From assembly GCA_033763455.1 (NCBI GenBank), contig JANRKO010000039.1, positions 1 through 64,000 on the forward strand: a DNA stretch of 64,000 bases, written 5' to 3'. Origin of the DNA: Polyangiaceae bacterium. Lineage in GTDB: Bacteria > Myxococcota_A > Polyangia > Polyangiales > Polyangiaceae. The notes beneath the pieces are model-generated. The model had not been told where the DNA came from. It did no database searches and saw only the letters and a list, made by a program, of their open reading frames with translations. The position numbers and the translations under genes were made by a program. Below, in pieces: positions 56,646 through 64,000 of the stretch; within the stretch, counting starts at the first letter, position 1; each line of letters opens with the position of its first letter.

Positions 56646-57488
56646 TTAGAGCCGAAATTCCCCGCGCGCGACGATTTGGACAGCGCCACCCACCTCCACC
56701 TGCTGCACCTGGCTCAGGTCACCGGTTACCCGCGCAAACAACTCCGATGGGCGAAGCAATTCGGCCCCTTGCTCAATGCGCAGCACCTCGCCAAATGGAA
56801 ATTTACCATGCCGAACCAGGTGCACGCCGAGAGGCCCCGCAGCGGAAACTGTAGCAGGATCTTCTGGCACCCCCGCAGCCGGAGCAAATACACGCGTCTT
56901 CGCCCCTGCGCTTCGATACGAAAAAACACTGACTGTGGCGTCCGTGAGGCGACCAAGCGCCTGAAGGTTTGGATCAAGCTCCGACACAAGTGCATCGGAT
57001 GCCACCTGCACCATCACGTGTGAGGGACCGTTGTTGTAGAGCTCCACCGGAAGCTCCGCCCTCTCTAGGCCAAGTGCTGCTAAAAGCTCTTTCGACTTCG
57101 GAAAGGGAGCCCAAGTAGGCGTTGGCTGCAACATCCACCCGAAAGCGGCGCGCGCACCCTCGCGCACGATGCGCACGGCAATCGTTTCCCGCTCCAGCTC
57201 CAAGCCAAGCACGTCTACGTCGATTCCGTTAGCCAAAACGAGCGCGGTCCCCAAAACGGGGTGGCCGGAGAACGGTAGTTCCTTTCTGGGCGTGAAAATC
57301 CTGACCCGGGCGTGCCCACCTTTTTCGGCAGGGAAAACGAAAGTTGTTTCGGAGAGGTGAGTTTCCCGGGCGAATGCCTGCTGCAACTCATCACTCATGC
57401 CGCGCGCATCTGTGAAGACGGCCAAGGGGTTTCCCGCCAGCTTTTGCTCGCTGAATACGTCACAGATCACATAGCGGTAAGTCTTCAT
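56646..57488 (-). CDS. PhzF family isomerase
   Basis: DVF.....GNPLAV; SETTF; RIFTP..ELPFSGHP; EDPAT; IEQG..L.RPS. Confidence 0.9.
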   Translation of the reverse strand: MKTYRYVICDVFSEQKLAGNPLAVFTDARGMSDELQQAFARETHLSETTFVFPAEKGGHARVRIFTPRKELPFSGHPVLGTALVLANGIDVDVLGLELERETIAVRIVREGARAAFGWMLQPTPTWAPFPKSKELLAALGLERAELPVELYNNGPSHVMVQVASDALVSELDPNLQALGRLTDATVSVFSYRSAGAKTRVFAPAAGVPEDPATVSAAGPLGVHLVRHGKFPFGEVLRIEQGAELLRPSELFARVTGDLSQVQQVEVGGAVQIVARGEFRL

Positions 57489-57546
57489 CGGCGGTCTCTC
57501 TCGGGAGCTTGCCTCTCCGTCTAAATTGTCTCAACACTTTTCTCCG

Positions 57547-58035
57547 ATGCCCAAAGGCCAGAACCCCTCCACGCCCGCCACACGGCTCCTCAGGTCGAAA
57601 AACATCCCTTTTGAGGAGACGCCGTACGACTACGTTGAGAAGGGCGGCACTGAAAGAGCTTCTCAGTGTTTGGGCGTTCCGCATCACGCAGTGATCAAGA
57701 CACTCGTGATGGAAGACGAAAAGAAGAAGCCGCTTATCATATTGATGCACGGTGACTGTCAGGTCTCCACAAAACAGCTAGCACGTGAGCTCGGCACCGT
57801 CTCGGTCGCGCCCTGTACTCCTGAAACCGCGCACCGCCACACGGGCTACTTCGTGGGTGGCACTTCACCATTTGGGACTAAGAAAGAGCTCCGGGTTTTC
57901 GTCGAGGCCTCGATCCTGGAATTGGAAGCTCTGTATATTAACGGCGGCAGCCGTGGTTTCCTGCTCAAGCTTGCCCCCTCGGGGCTCATGCAGGCACTGA
58001 AGTGTACGCCCGTTCGCGTAGCGATCTCCGGGTAG
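57547..58035 (+). CDS. ybaK: Cys-tRNA(Pro) deacylase
   Basis: TPATRLL; IKTLV; TGYFVGGTSPFG; INGGSRG. Confidence 0.88.
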   Translation: MPKGQNPSTPATRLLRSKNIPFEETPYDYVEKGGTERASQCLGVPHHAVIKTLVMEDEKKKPLIILMHGDCQVSTKQLARELGTVSVAPCTPETAHRHTGYFVGGTSPFGTKKELRVFVEASILELEALYINGGSRGFLLKLAPSGLMQALKCTPVRVAISG

Positions 58036-58038
58036 CCG

Positions 58039-60243
58039 CTACTCAGCGTTGAGCCCGGCCAGTTCAAGTGGAGCGACCCTTTCGCTCGCGCTCAATTCTG
58101 CCTGAAATCGTGCCAAGAGGGACTCAAGCTCCTCGCGCTGAAACGGTTTACGCAAAACGGGTTGGGAGGTGCGCACCAGGAACTCGTGCGCAGAATCGCT
58201 GAAAGCCCCGCCCGTCACGAACACCATGCGGCGTTGCAGACCTGCATCAATGTCACCCAAGATCTCGTAAAGCTCCATACCACTCAAGTTGGGCATCATA
58301 AGGTCGCACAGGATAACGTCAAAGCTCTCCCGACCTAGCAGCTCTAAGGCATCACGCCCACTCGACGCTGTCGACACAGTGTGCACCTCGCGCAAAATGC
58401 GGGTGAGTGAGCGCATCACGAACATGTCGTCGTCTACGATGAGGACACGCAAGCCAGTGGTATTTCGTTCAACTTTCGGTGCAACGATGCTCGGAACTCG
58501 AGCCCGGTTGGCCGGCAACCGCACTTCGAAGGTGGTGCCCACGCCGAGCTCGCTATCTACGGCGATTTCCCCGCCCATATCGGCCACAATCTGGTGGCAA
58601 ATAGCGAGGCCGAGCCCCATACCCTCCCCAAGGGCCTTGCTGGTGAAAAATGGCTCAAAAATGCGTTTGCGAATTTCGTGAGGGATGCCGCGGCCGGTGT
58701 CCGTAACGCGGATAACCACACGCCCCTCAGCATCGAGCTCCGAGCTCACGCGCACCTCGTTTTCCTCGGCGCGCCCCACAGGAATGGCGTGAGCCGCGTT
58801 GCACATCAAGTTCACCACAACCTGCGACAACTTTCCGGCTGTCCCAGAGACACCCGGAACATCTTTCAACTCCATCACCAAGCGAGCACGGTGCCTCACT
58901 TCATTTCGGGTCATGCGCACGGATGACTCAATAACGTCGTTGACGGAAATGGTTCCGCTCACGTCCCGCCCTTCTCGGCCTAACGCATCAAGATCACGCA
59001 CAACATCGCGGACACGTTGGCCGCCCAAAAGCGCGTCTCGAAGCGGCTCTAAAAGAGCTTCCCAATTGGGCGTCGCCGCAGGTGCATCCTGACCTGCTTT
59101 CAGACTTTCGAGGCGGCGGATCACGGTCTCTACGTTGGATATCGTGTACATCAGGGGATTGTTGATCTCGTGCGCCACACCTGCGGCCAGAGTACCGAGG
59201 GCCGCCATGCGCTCACCAATAGCGAGCTGATTCTGAACCTGCTTTTTCTTAGATACATCGCGGTAGTGCCAGAGGTGTCCGGCCCTGCGCCCGTCCAGCT
59301 GAACCGGACGGTAATCGCGCTCCAAAACGCGACCATCGCTCATGTTGAGCTCATCACCCGTAACAGGCGCTCCTTGGAGTAACACCTCGCGCGCACGAAC
59401 GAGAAATTTTTCGGGGTCTACGAACTTCTTGGCGTACTCCCGGGTGCCCGCTTCGGAATTCCCACCCAACATCAAAGATGGCTCTGGAGTGCCAAAAAGG
59501 TCGCAAAATGCCTGATTCACATAGACGATGGTGCGCGCCTCATCCTCAAACAGAATCGCCGAATCCAACGAGTGCATGAGCGCCTGCAAACGTGAGCTCG
59601 TCTGCAAAAGTTCCTGCTCCATCAGCTGTCGGCGTTCCTGCTGACGCGACGCCTGAATCAAGAGCGTCATCTGATGCGCGGCTTCTTGGAGCGTTTCCTG
59701 CTCTTCGAGTGTCCAGCGATACGGAACAGCCGAGACCAAACTCAGTACGCCAAGCAAGTCTTCGGAGTGCCGCACCGGTACTTCAAGAATGGCCCGTGCG
59801 CCCGCAGACTGACAGCTCTCGCGAATAGGCTGCATCCGCTCATCTTCATTGACATCAACCACACACACGGGTGCCCCAGAGCGCAAGGCACGCAGGTACT
59901 CCATCGCGAGGGAAAGGTCCGCTGTGGCACTCGAAGAGTCGGTAGGCCGCGAGAAAGCCGCCGAATAAACCCACTTAAGATGGCCCTCCGCACCGATGAG
60001 CCCATAGGCTGCGCGGTGCTCGGGAAACTCCTGAGCTAGGGTTTGCACAGCTTCTTCGATAACCTGCTCGGGAGAAAGCTTGGCAGTGAAACAAGCCGCA
60101 ATCTGACGCAGGAGCCGGACGCGGGTTTCGAGCGCCCGCAGGCGCGGCGCAATAGAGGGCCCTTCCGCGGGGCGCGCGGCCAGAAGCGAGGTTTCGCTAG
60201 TGGGAAGAAGTTGGGGAGGCGGAGCCGTCTTCACGGGGTGCAC
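58039..60243 (-). CDS. cytoplasmic hybrid histidine kinase (GAF-PAS-HisKA-HATPase-REC)
   Basis: VAHEINNPL; QVVVNL..NA; DTGRGI; EPFFTSK..G.G.GLGL; FDVILCDLMMP. Confidence 0.92.
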   Translation of the reverse strand: MHPVKTAPPPQLLPTSETSLLAARPAEGPSIAPRLRALETRVRLLRQIAACFTAKLSPEQVIEEAVQTLAQEFPEHRAAYGLIGAEGHLKWVYSAAFSRPTDSSSATADLSLAMEYLRALRSGAPVCVVDVNEDERMQPIRESCQSAGARAILEVPVRHSEDLLGVLSLVSAVPYRWTLEEQETLQEAAHQMTLLIQASRQQERRQLMEQELLQTSSRLQALMHSLDSAILFEDEARTIVYVNQAFCDLFGTPEPSLMLGGNSEAGTREYAKKFVDPEKFLVRAREVLLQGAPVTGDELNMSDGRVLERDYRPVQLDGRRAGHLWHYRDVSKKKQVQNQLAIGERMAALGTLAAGVAHEINNPLMYTISNVETVIRRLESLKAGQDAPAATPNWEALLEPLRDALLGGQRVRDVVRDLDALGREGRDVSGTISVNDVIESSVRMTRNEVRHRARLVMELKDVPGVSGTAGKLSQVVVNLMCNAAHAIPVGRAEENEVRVSSELDAEGRVVIRVTDTGRGIPHEIRKRIFEPFFTSKALGEGMGLGLAICHQIVADMGGEIAVDSELGVGTTFEVRLPANRARVPSIVAPKVERNTTGLRVLIVDDDMFVMRSLTRILREVHTVSTASSGRDALELLGRESFDVILCDLMMPNLSGMELYEILGDIDAGLQRRMVFVTGGAFSDSAHEFLVRTSQPVLRKPFQREELESLLARFQAELSASERVAPLELAGLNAE

Positions 60244-60429
60244 GAGGCTAGAACGGCCACTTTACTCGGCGGCTTAACGAGGGCCGCATTTCGAGCAGAT
60301 CTGGGGAATCAAGCGAGAACACAGGCCGCGCGAGCATCCTTGGGTGCCTCAACCTGAACACCCGCTCATGGCAAGCTCATGGTCATTTCTTCGCGGCTGC
60401 CACGCCCAGCGCGTCTGCATGTGTGCGGC

Positions 60430-61581
60430 TTATTCGCAGGAAAGCACGTCCGCAATGCTCGTCTCAACGGTGAAGTTGGACTCGTCGGTGTGACGCTCTG
60501 CAAAGAACAAATTGAGCGCATAGGTTTGCCCCGGCACTATCCCGAGCTTCTCCGCATCGCGCTTCAAGTCGATAGTGCCCGTGAGGGAGCGGTGCAGGCC
60601 GCCAAGATCGAGGGCCAAGCGCCGATTGATGAACACCCACAAGTCGTCATCCCCCGTGAACTTAAACGTTTCTGTACCGAGATACACAAACTGCGTGGCC
60701 ACTTCGAGAGTGAAGTGAAAATTGTGACTTCGACCCTGATTGCCGAAGCCGAGCCCATCGATCGGAAAAAAAGCTTGGTTCGCATACTGGTAAAGCCCGG
60801 CGGCCGTTGAGGAGCTCAGTAACTGCAGCGGGATCTGAAGAGGCGTGTTCAGGCCCGGAACATCGCGATACCAAGTATCAAAATTCGCGCGTCCGCTGGT
60901 CGTTAACGTGCGTGTAGCAGACGCGTACACCGGCTTATCGTCTGGGCCGAGCTCGGAGGTCACCATGCCGGGGTCCCCGCGGCTAGTATCGAGGCCGACG
61001 ATATTTATCTCAAAGTCAGGGTGGGTGTCCCGGAAATCGCGGATAGTTGTTCGAAGCTTCGGGGGTTTGGGGGGCGGAGCGTCGCAAGGAGTGAACTTAC
61101 CGTCGACACACTTCTCGACGCCTTCTCCGCACGCACTCCGGCAGGGCGTTACAACTGGCGCCACCTCACACGCGGTCTCCCATGCACCCTCCTCGCACTT
61201 CTGGTTACCGGCGCCACACGCATTCGTGCAAGCTCGCGTTGCGGAAGGCACTTTGCAGGTACTCCACACACCGCTGGTGCAGCTCTCCACGCCAGTGCCA
61301 CAAGCGTTCCCGCAACTTCGGGTTACCTCCTTGACTTCACACTCGTTCCAGAACCCCTCTTTGCACGTCTGCTGCCCTATGCCGCAAGCGTTTTCACAGG
61401 TGCGCGTTTCCCCGAGTGCTTCACACGGCTGAGGGAGCGCCAACCCAGAGCGCCCACCGCACCCGAGCAGAGCTACCGTAAGGCCAAGAGCCGCGACACC
61501 GCAGACCCGCACAAGCCGCGACACCGCACGCGACCAGCTCGCTCTCCTGAAACGCCAGCGTCTTGTGCCTTCGGGTAACAA
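60430..61581 (-). CDS. fibro-slime (PA14-like) domain lipoprotein with Cys-rich repeats
   Basis: IRDF...HPDFE; FFPID; HNFHFT.E; F.GDDDLWVFIN; DLGGLH; FFAERH; C.NACG.G repeats. Start may be ~55 nt later. Confidence 0.9.
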   Translation of the reverse strand: MLPEGTRRWRFRRASWSRAVSRLVRVCGVAALGLTVALLGCGGRSGLALPQPCEALGETRTCENACGIGQQTCKEGFWNECEVKEVTRSCGNACGTGVESCTSGVWSTCKVPSATRACTNACGAGNQKCEEGAWETACEVAPVVTPCRSACGEGVEKCVDGKFTPCDAPPPKPPKLRTTIRDFRDTHPDFEINIVGLDTSRGDPGMVTSELGPDDKPVYASATRTLTTSGRANFDTWYRDVPGLNTPLQIPLQLLSSSTAAGLYQYANQAFFPIDGLGFGNQGRSHNFHFTLEVATQFVYLGTETFKFTGDDDLWVFINRRLALDLGGLHRSLTGTIDLKRDAEKLGIVPGQTYALNLFFAERHTDESNFTVETSIADVLSCE

Positions 61582-61874
61582 CGCGGAGACGATGGCTCAG
61601 CCTAAGATTCAGAGCAATCGACCAGAGCCGGAAACATTGTTTCCAACCCGGAACGTTCCCTCACCCCGTGATTGAAAGATTCATCATTGATTTCAAGCTG
61701 TTGTTGCGGGGAGGTAACATTTCTGTCGCAGTTGTTTCGAAGAAAGCAACACGAAACATACCCGCAATATAGCCAAGGGTAGGTAGGTACCTGTGCGCCG
61801 CAGCCCAGCGGAAACGCACGCAACATGACAGAAACCCCCCCGGCCCCTCACATCACTTTAAGTGGAGAAAACCA

Positions 61875-62762
61875 ATGCGTAACACCGTTCTAGGACTTAT
61901 TTCGATCCTCACTGCCGGGGTAGCACTGCCATCCGTCGCCTTTGCTGAGGGCGAAGCCGCTACCGCGACCGCAACTACTACAGCCGAAACACCCGTGGCC
62001 ACCACCGAAGCGTCTACCACGACAGAAGCCGCCCCCCAGACGGCGCAGGCAGACGAGACACCAGCTCCGGCCCCCGAAACGCCGGCACCTGCTGAAGCTG
62101 CGCCTGCCGCCGAGGAAGAGACCTTTCCTGCGTCCTGGTTCCGAATTGATTCGGATGGGGGCTACTTACAACTCTGGGCGGGTGCGACTCACCCGTTAAC
62201 GGATAGCGTGGGGTTGGCCTCTGACATTTACGTGCTCAATTCGTTCGTGCCCAATCCCTTGGCTCCGCAAATGTTGAGCCTTGGTGAACTCGACGTTGGG
62301 CCAGCGATCACTGCTGGCTCCTTTACAGTCACGCCCATGCTGGGAGTACAGGCGGATTTGGGCAACCGTCGATTGGCCGCGCTCGTGCCACAGTTTTACC
62401 TCACGGGTGGTCCGGACCCTATTTATACCGAGCTCTGGATCCAGAACTACGCCTACACCGCGTTCGACAAGACTGGCGTCACCGCGACGGGTGGCGGCAA
62501 CTCAATCTACGCCCGCTGGTTCTTGGATTACAAACTCGGCAAATACGCTGCAGTTGGGCCTGAAGTGGAGCTAACCTACGCACTCAATAGTAAGTCAAAA
62601 GCGAATGGTGAGAGCCTCACCAGCCTGCCCGTCGGCGTAAACGTGATGCTCCCGAATTACGGCAAAGGGAACACCTTGTTCATCTTCGCCGGCTACGAAA
62701 CGCAAGACACCGCCAATGATTCACACTTTGCTGGCCGCTTGACCTTCGTGCGAAACTTCTAA
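61875..62762 (+). CDS. secreted protein, probable outer-membrane beta-barrel
   Basis: GGAG RBS, Sec signal (AFA), Ala/Thr/Pro/Glu linker, amphipathic strands, and terminal GRLTFVRNF. Confidence 0.7.
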   Translation: MRNTVLGLISILTAGVALPSVAFAEGEAATATATTTAETPVATTEASTTTEAAPQTAQADETPAPAPETPAPAEAAPAAEEETFPASWFRIDSDGGYLQLWAGATHPLTDSVGLASDIYVLNSFVPNPLAPQMLSLGELDVGPAITAGSFTVTPMLGVQADLGNRRLAALVPQFYLTGGPDPIYTELWIQNYAYTAFDKTGVTATGGGNSIYARWFLDYKLGKYAAVGPEVELTYALNSKSKANGESLTSLPVGVNVMLPNYGKGNTLFIFAGYETQDTANDSHFAGRLTFVRNF

Positions 62763-62805
62763 CCCGTCCCAAAGGTAGGCCCCTCGCGGGCTAACCTGAA
62801 AACAG

Positions 62806-62846
62806 AAGACCCGGTTCCGATCCACGGCACCGGGTCTTTCTTTCTC
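62806..62846 (+). terminator. rho-independent terminator
   Basis: Stem AAGACCCGGT...ACCGGGTCTT followed by TCTTTCTC, between convergent genes. Confidence 0.75.
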
Positions 62847-62855
62847 CTTAACCAC

Positions 62856-64000
62856 TCAATACGGCGATGCCGGATTCAGCTCTCCGCCCTCTGCCGAAAC
62901 CGTAAGCGGCAATGCTGTCGCCGCACTCAGTGGAAATTGGACGCTATCCCCCGCTTGGAGCCTCGCGTACCGTAGCCCCTTAAACGTGAGGGTTTGGCCC
63001 GCCGCGCATTGCTCGGGCTGTTTTGCGCCCTCCACGATGTACGCTTGATTGCTTCCGAGCACGTGCCCCACGTTGTCTGAGCCGATCACAATCGCAGTGG
63101 CCTCGCTCACGCCAACCCCGTAGCTGCCAGGTGCCCAGCCATCAGCCACTGTGCGCGCCACAAAGCTCACGAGCCTTCCGAAGCGATCGCGCTGGGCAAA
63201 GTGCGTGTCCGTTACTACGGATTTGAGAGCTGGGAACTCTAAGATGCCTCGATCGAGAGTGATATTTCGAGCGAACGGATCGCTCAATGCCTCGGTTGAA
63301 ATGGCCGAACCTTGAGTCGCCGAATAAACGAATTCACCCAGAACAGCCAGGCCCGCGCTGGTGCCGCCAATTACGCCCCCGCGAGCGTACACCATACGGA
63401 GAGCCTCCTGCACGGCGGTGCCTTTCCAAAAGTTGATGTAGGTTGATTGATCTCCGCCCGCCATGAACACGCCTTCGGCATGCGAAACACGGTAACGAAC
63501 GTAGTCGCTATTGGCGAGATCGCGATCGGTAACCAGCATGGATTCCACCGAATCGGCGCCACCCATATCGAACAGGTAGTTGTTGTAACCGTCCGCTCCG
63601 CTGGTTCGCAGAATCACGATATCGCCGTGCGTAATCAGCCCGTTCCACCATTCGAATGCCGCTGTCACGTCCGTGCCACCGCCCATCAAGATCAGCCCAG
63701 GGCCGCTCGGAGCCACGTTGGCGTCAGCATCGTTGCCCGTTACGTACGTCACCAGGTTCGGTGGAACAGGCGGTGAAGCGGCGCCATCATTGAAGGTACC
63801 GCCGAGGCTCGTAGCTGCGTTACCACCCGACGCGTTGCTGTTGACCCCGCCTGAGCCCACCGGCAAAGGCGCCGTACCTCCGCTGGCCACCGAGGCAGCT
63901 CCGCCGGCAGGAGCCGCGTTGTTCGTCCCTCCCGCAGGAGCCGCGTTGTTCGCTCCGCCGGTCGATGGCCCACCCGTTCCGGGCGCCTCACCCGTGGCCT
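62856..64000 (-). CDS. cyanophycinase / peptidase S51 family, 5'-partial, with Gly-rich linker
   Basis: LMGGG; FMAGGDQ; GGTSAG; DTHFAQRDRFGRL; GVSEAT. The frame stays open to the window end and includes a 27-bp repeat (NNAAPAGG x2) at 63907/63934. Confidence 0.85.
   Translation of the reverse strand, partial: ATGEAPGTGGPSTGGANNAAPAGGTNNAAPAGGAASVASGGTAPLPVGSGGVNSNASGGNAATSLGGTFNDGAASPPVPPNLVTYVTGNDADANVAPSGPGLILMGGGTDVTAAFEWWNGLITHGDIVILRTSGADGYNNYLFDMGGADSVESMLVTDRDLANSDYVRYRVSHAEGVFMAGGDQSTYINFWKGTAVQEALRMVYARGGVIGGTSAGLAVLGEFVYSATQGSAISTEALSDPFARNITLDRGILEFPALKSVVTDTHFAQRDRFGRLVSFVARTVADGWAPGSYGVGVSEATAIVIGSDNVGHVLGSNQAYIVEGAKQPEQCAAGQTLTFKGLRYARLQAGDSVQFPLSAATALPLTVSAEGGELNPASPY

Noticed and set aside
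56646..57488. Phenazine biosynthesis cluster
   Set aside because: This is a lone PhzF-family gene with no other phz genes nearby.

Overview
GC-rich bacterial chromosome segment. A MYXO-CTERM protein, myxobacterial Cys-rich repeats, a fibro-slime protein, a DUF1552/DUF1592 pair and an ECF-FecR pair point to Myxococcota, probably Polyangiaceae-like; this assignment is an inference. The window opens with the 3' end of a group II intron (domains V/VI, nt ~64-138), which the ORF track does not show. Next is a carbohydrate-related locus: a multidomain PL7 alginate lyase with a sigma54 promoter, a TonB-dependent receptor, two orphan solute-binding lipoproteins, an SGNH acetylesterase, an AraC regulator and an atypical hybrid kinase. 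After nadA, a HigBA/RelE-like toxin-antitoxin cassette with a frameshifted toxin sits inside a 102-bp duplication. Then come an ECF/FecR/beta-barrel trio, housekeeping and envelope genes (mlaE, tsaE, folB, ilvE) and a defence island at 41.2-51.4 kb. The island is a type I R-M operon with a NucS-like/DUF5655 nuclease and a Schlafen(AlbA_2)-HATPase protein between hsdS and hsdR (the PrrC position), a GATC-containing 21-bp tandem repeat just before hsdR, and a divergent unknown gene paired with a truncated PIN toxin. The rest encodes a transglycosylase, tadA, fucU, aspartoacylase, PhzF, YbaK, a second hybrid kinase, a fibro-slime protein, a putative porin and a partial cyanophycinase. The best candidate for an undescribed system is the R-M-embedded Schlafen + NucS-like module. 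No tRNA, rRNA, CRISPR array or integrase was seen. All family calls come from motif recognition; no searches were run.
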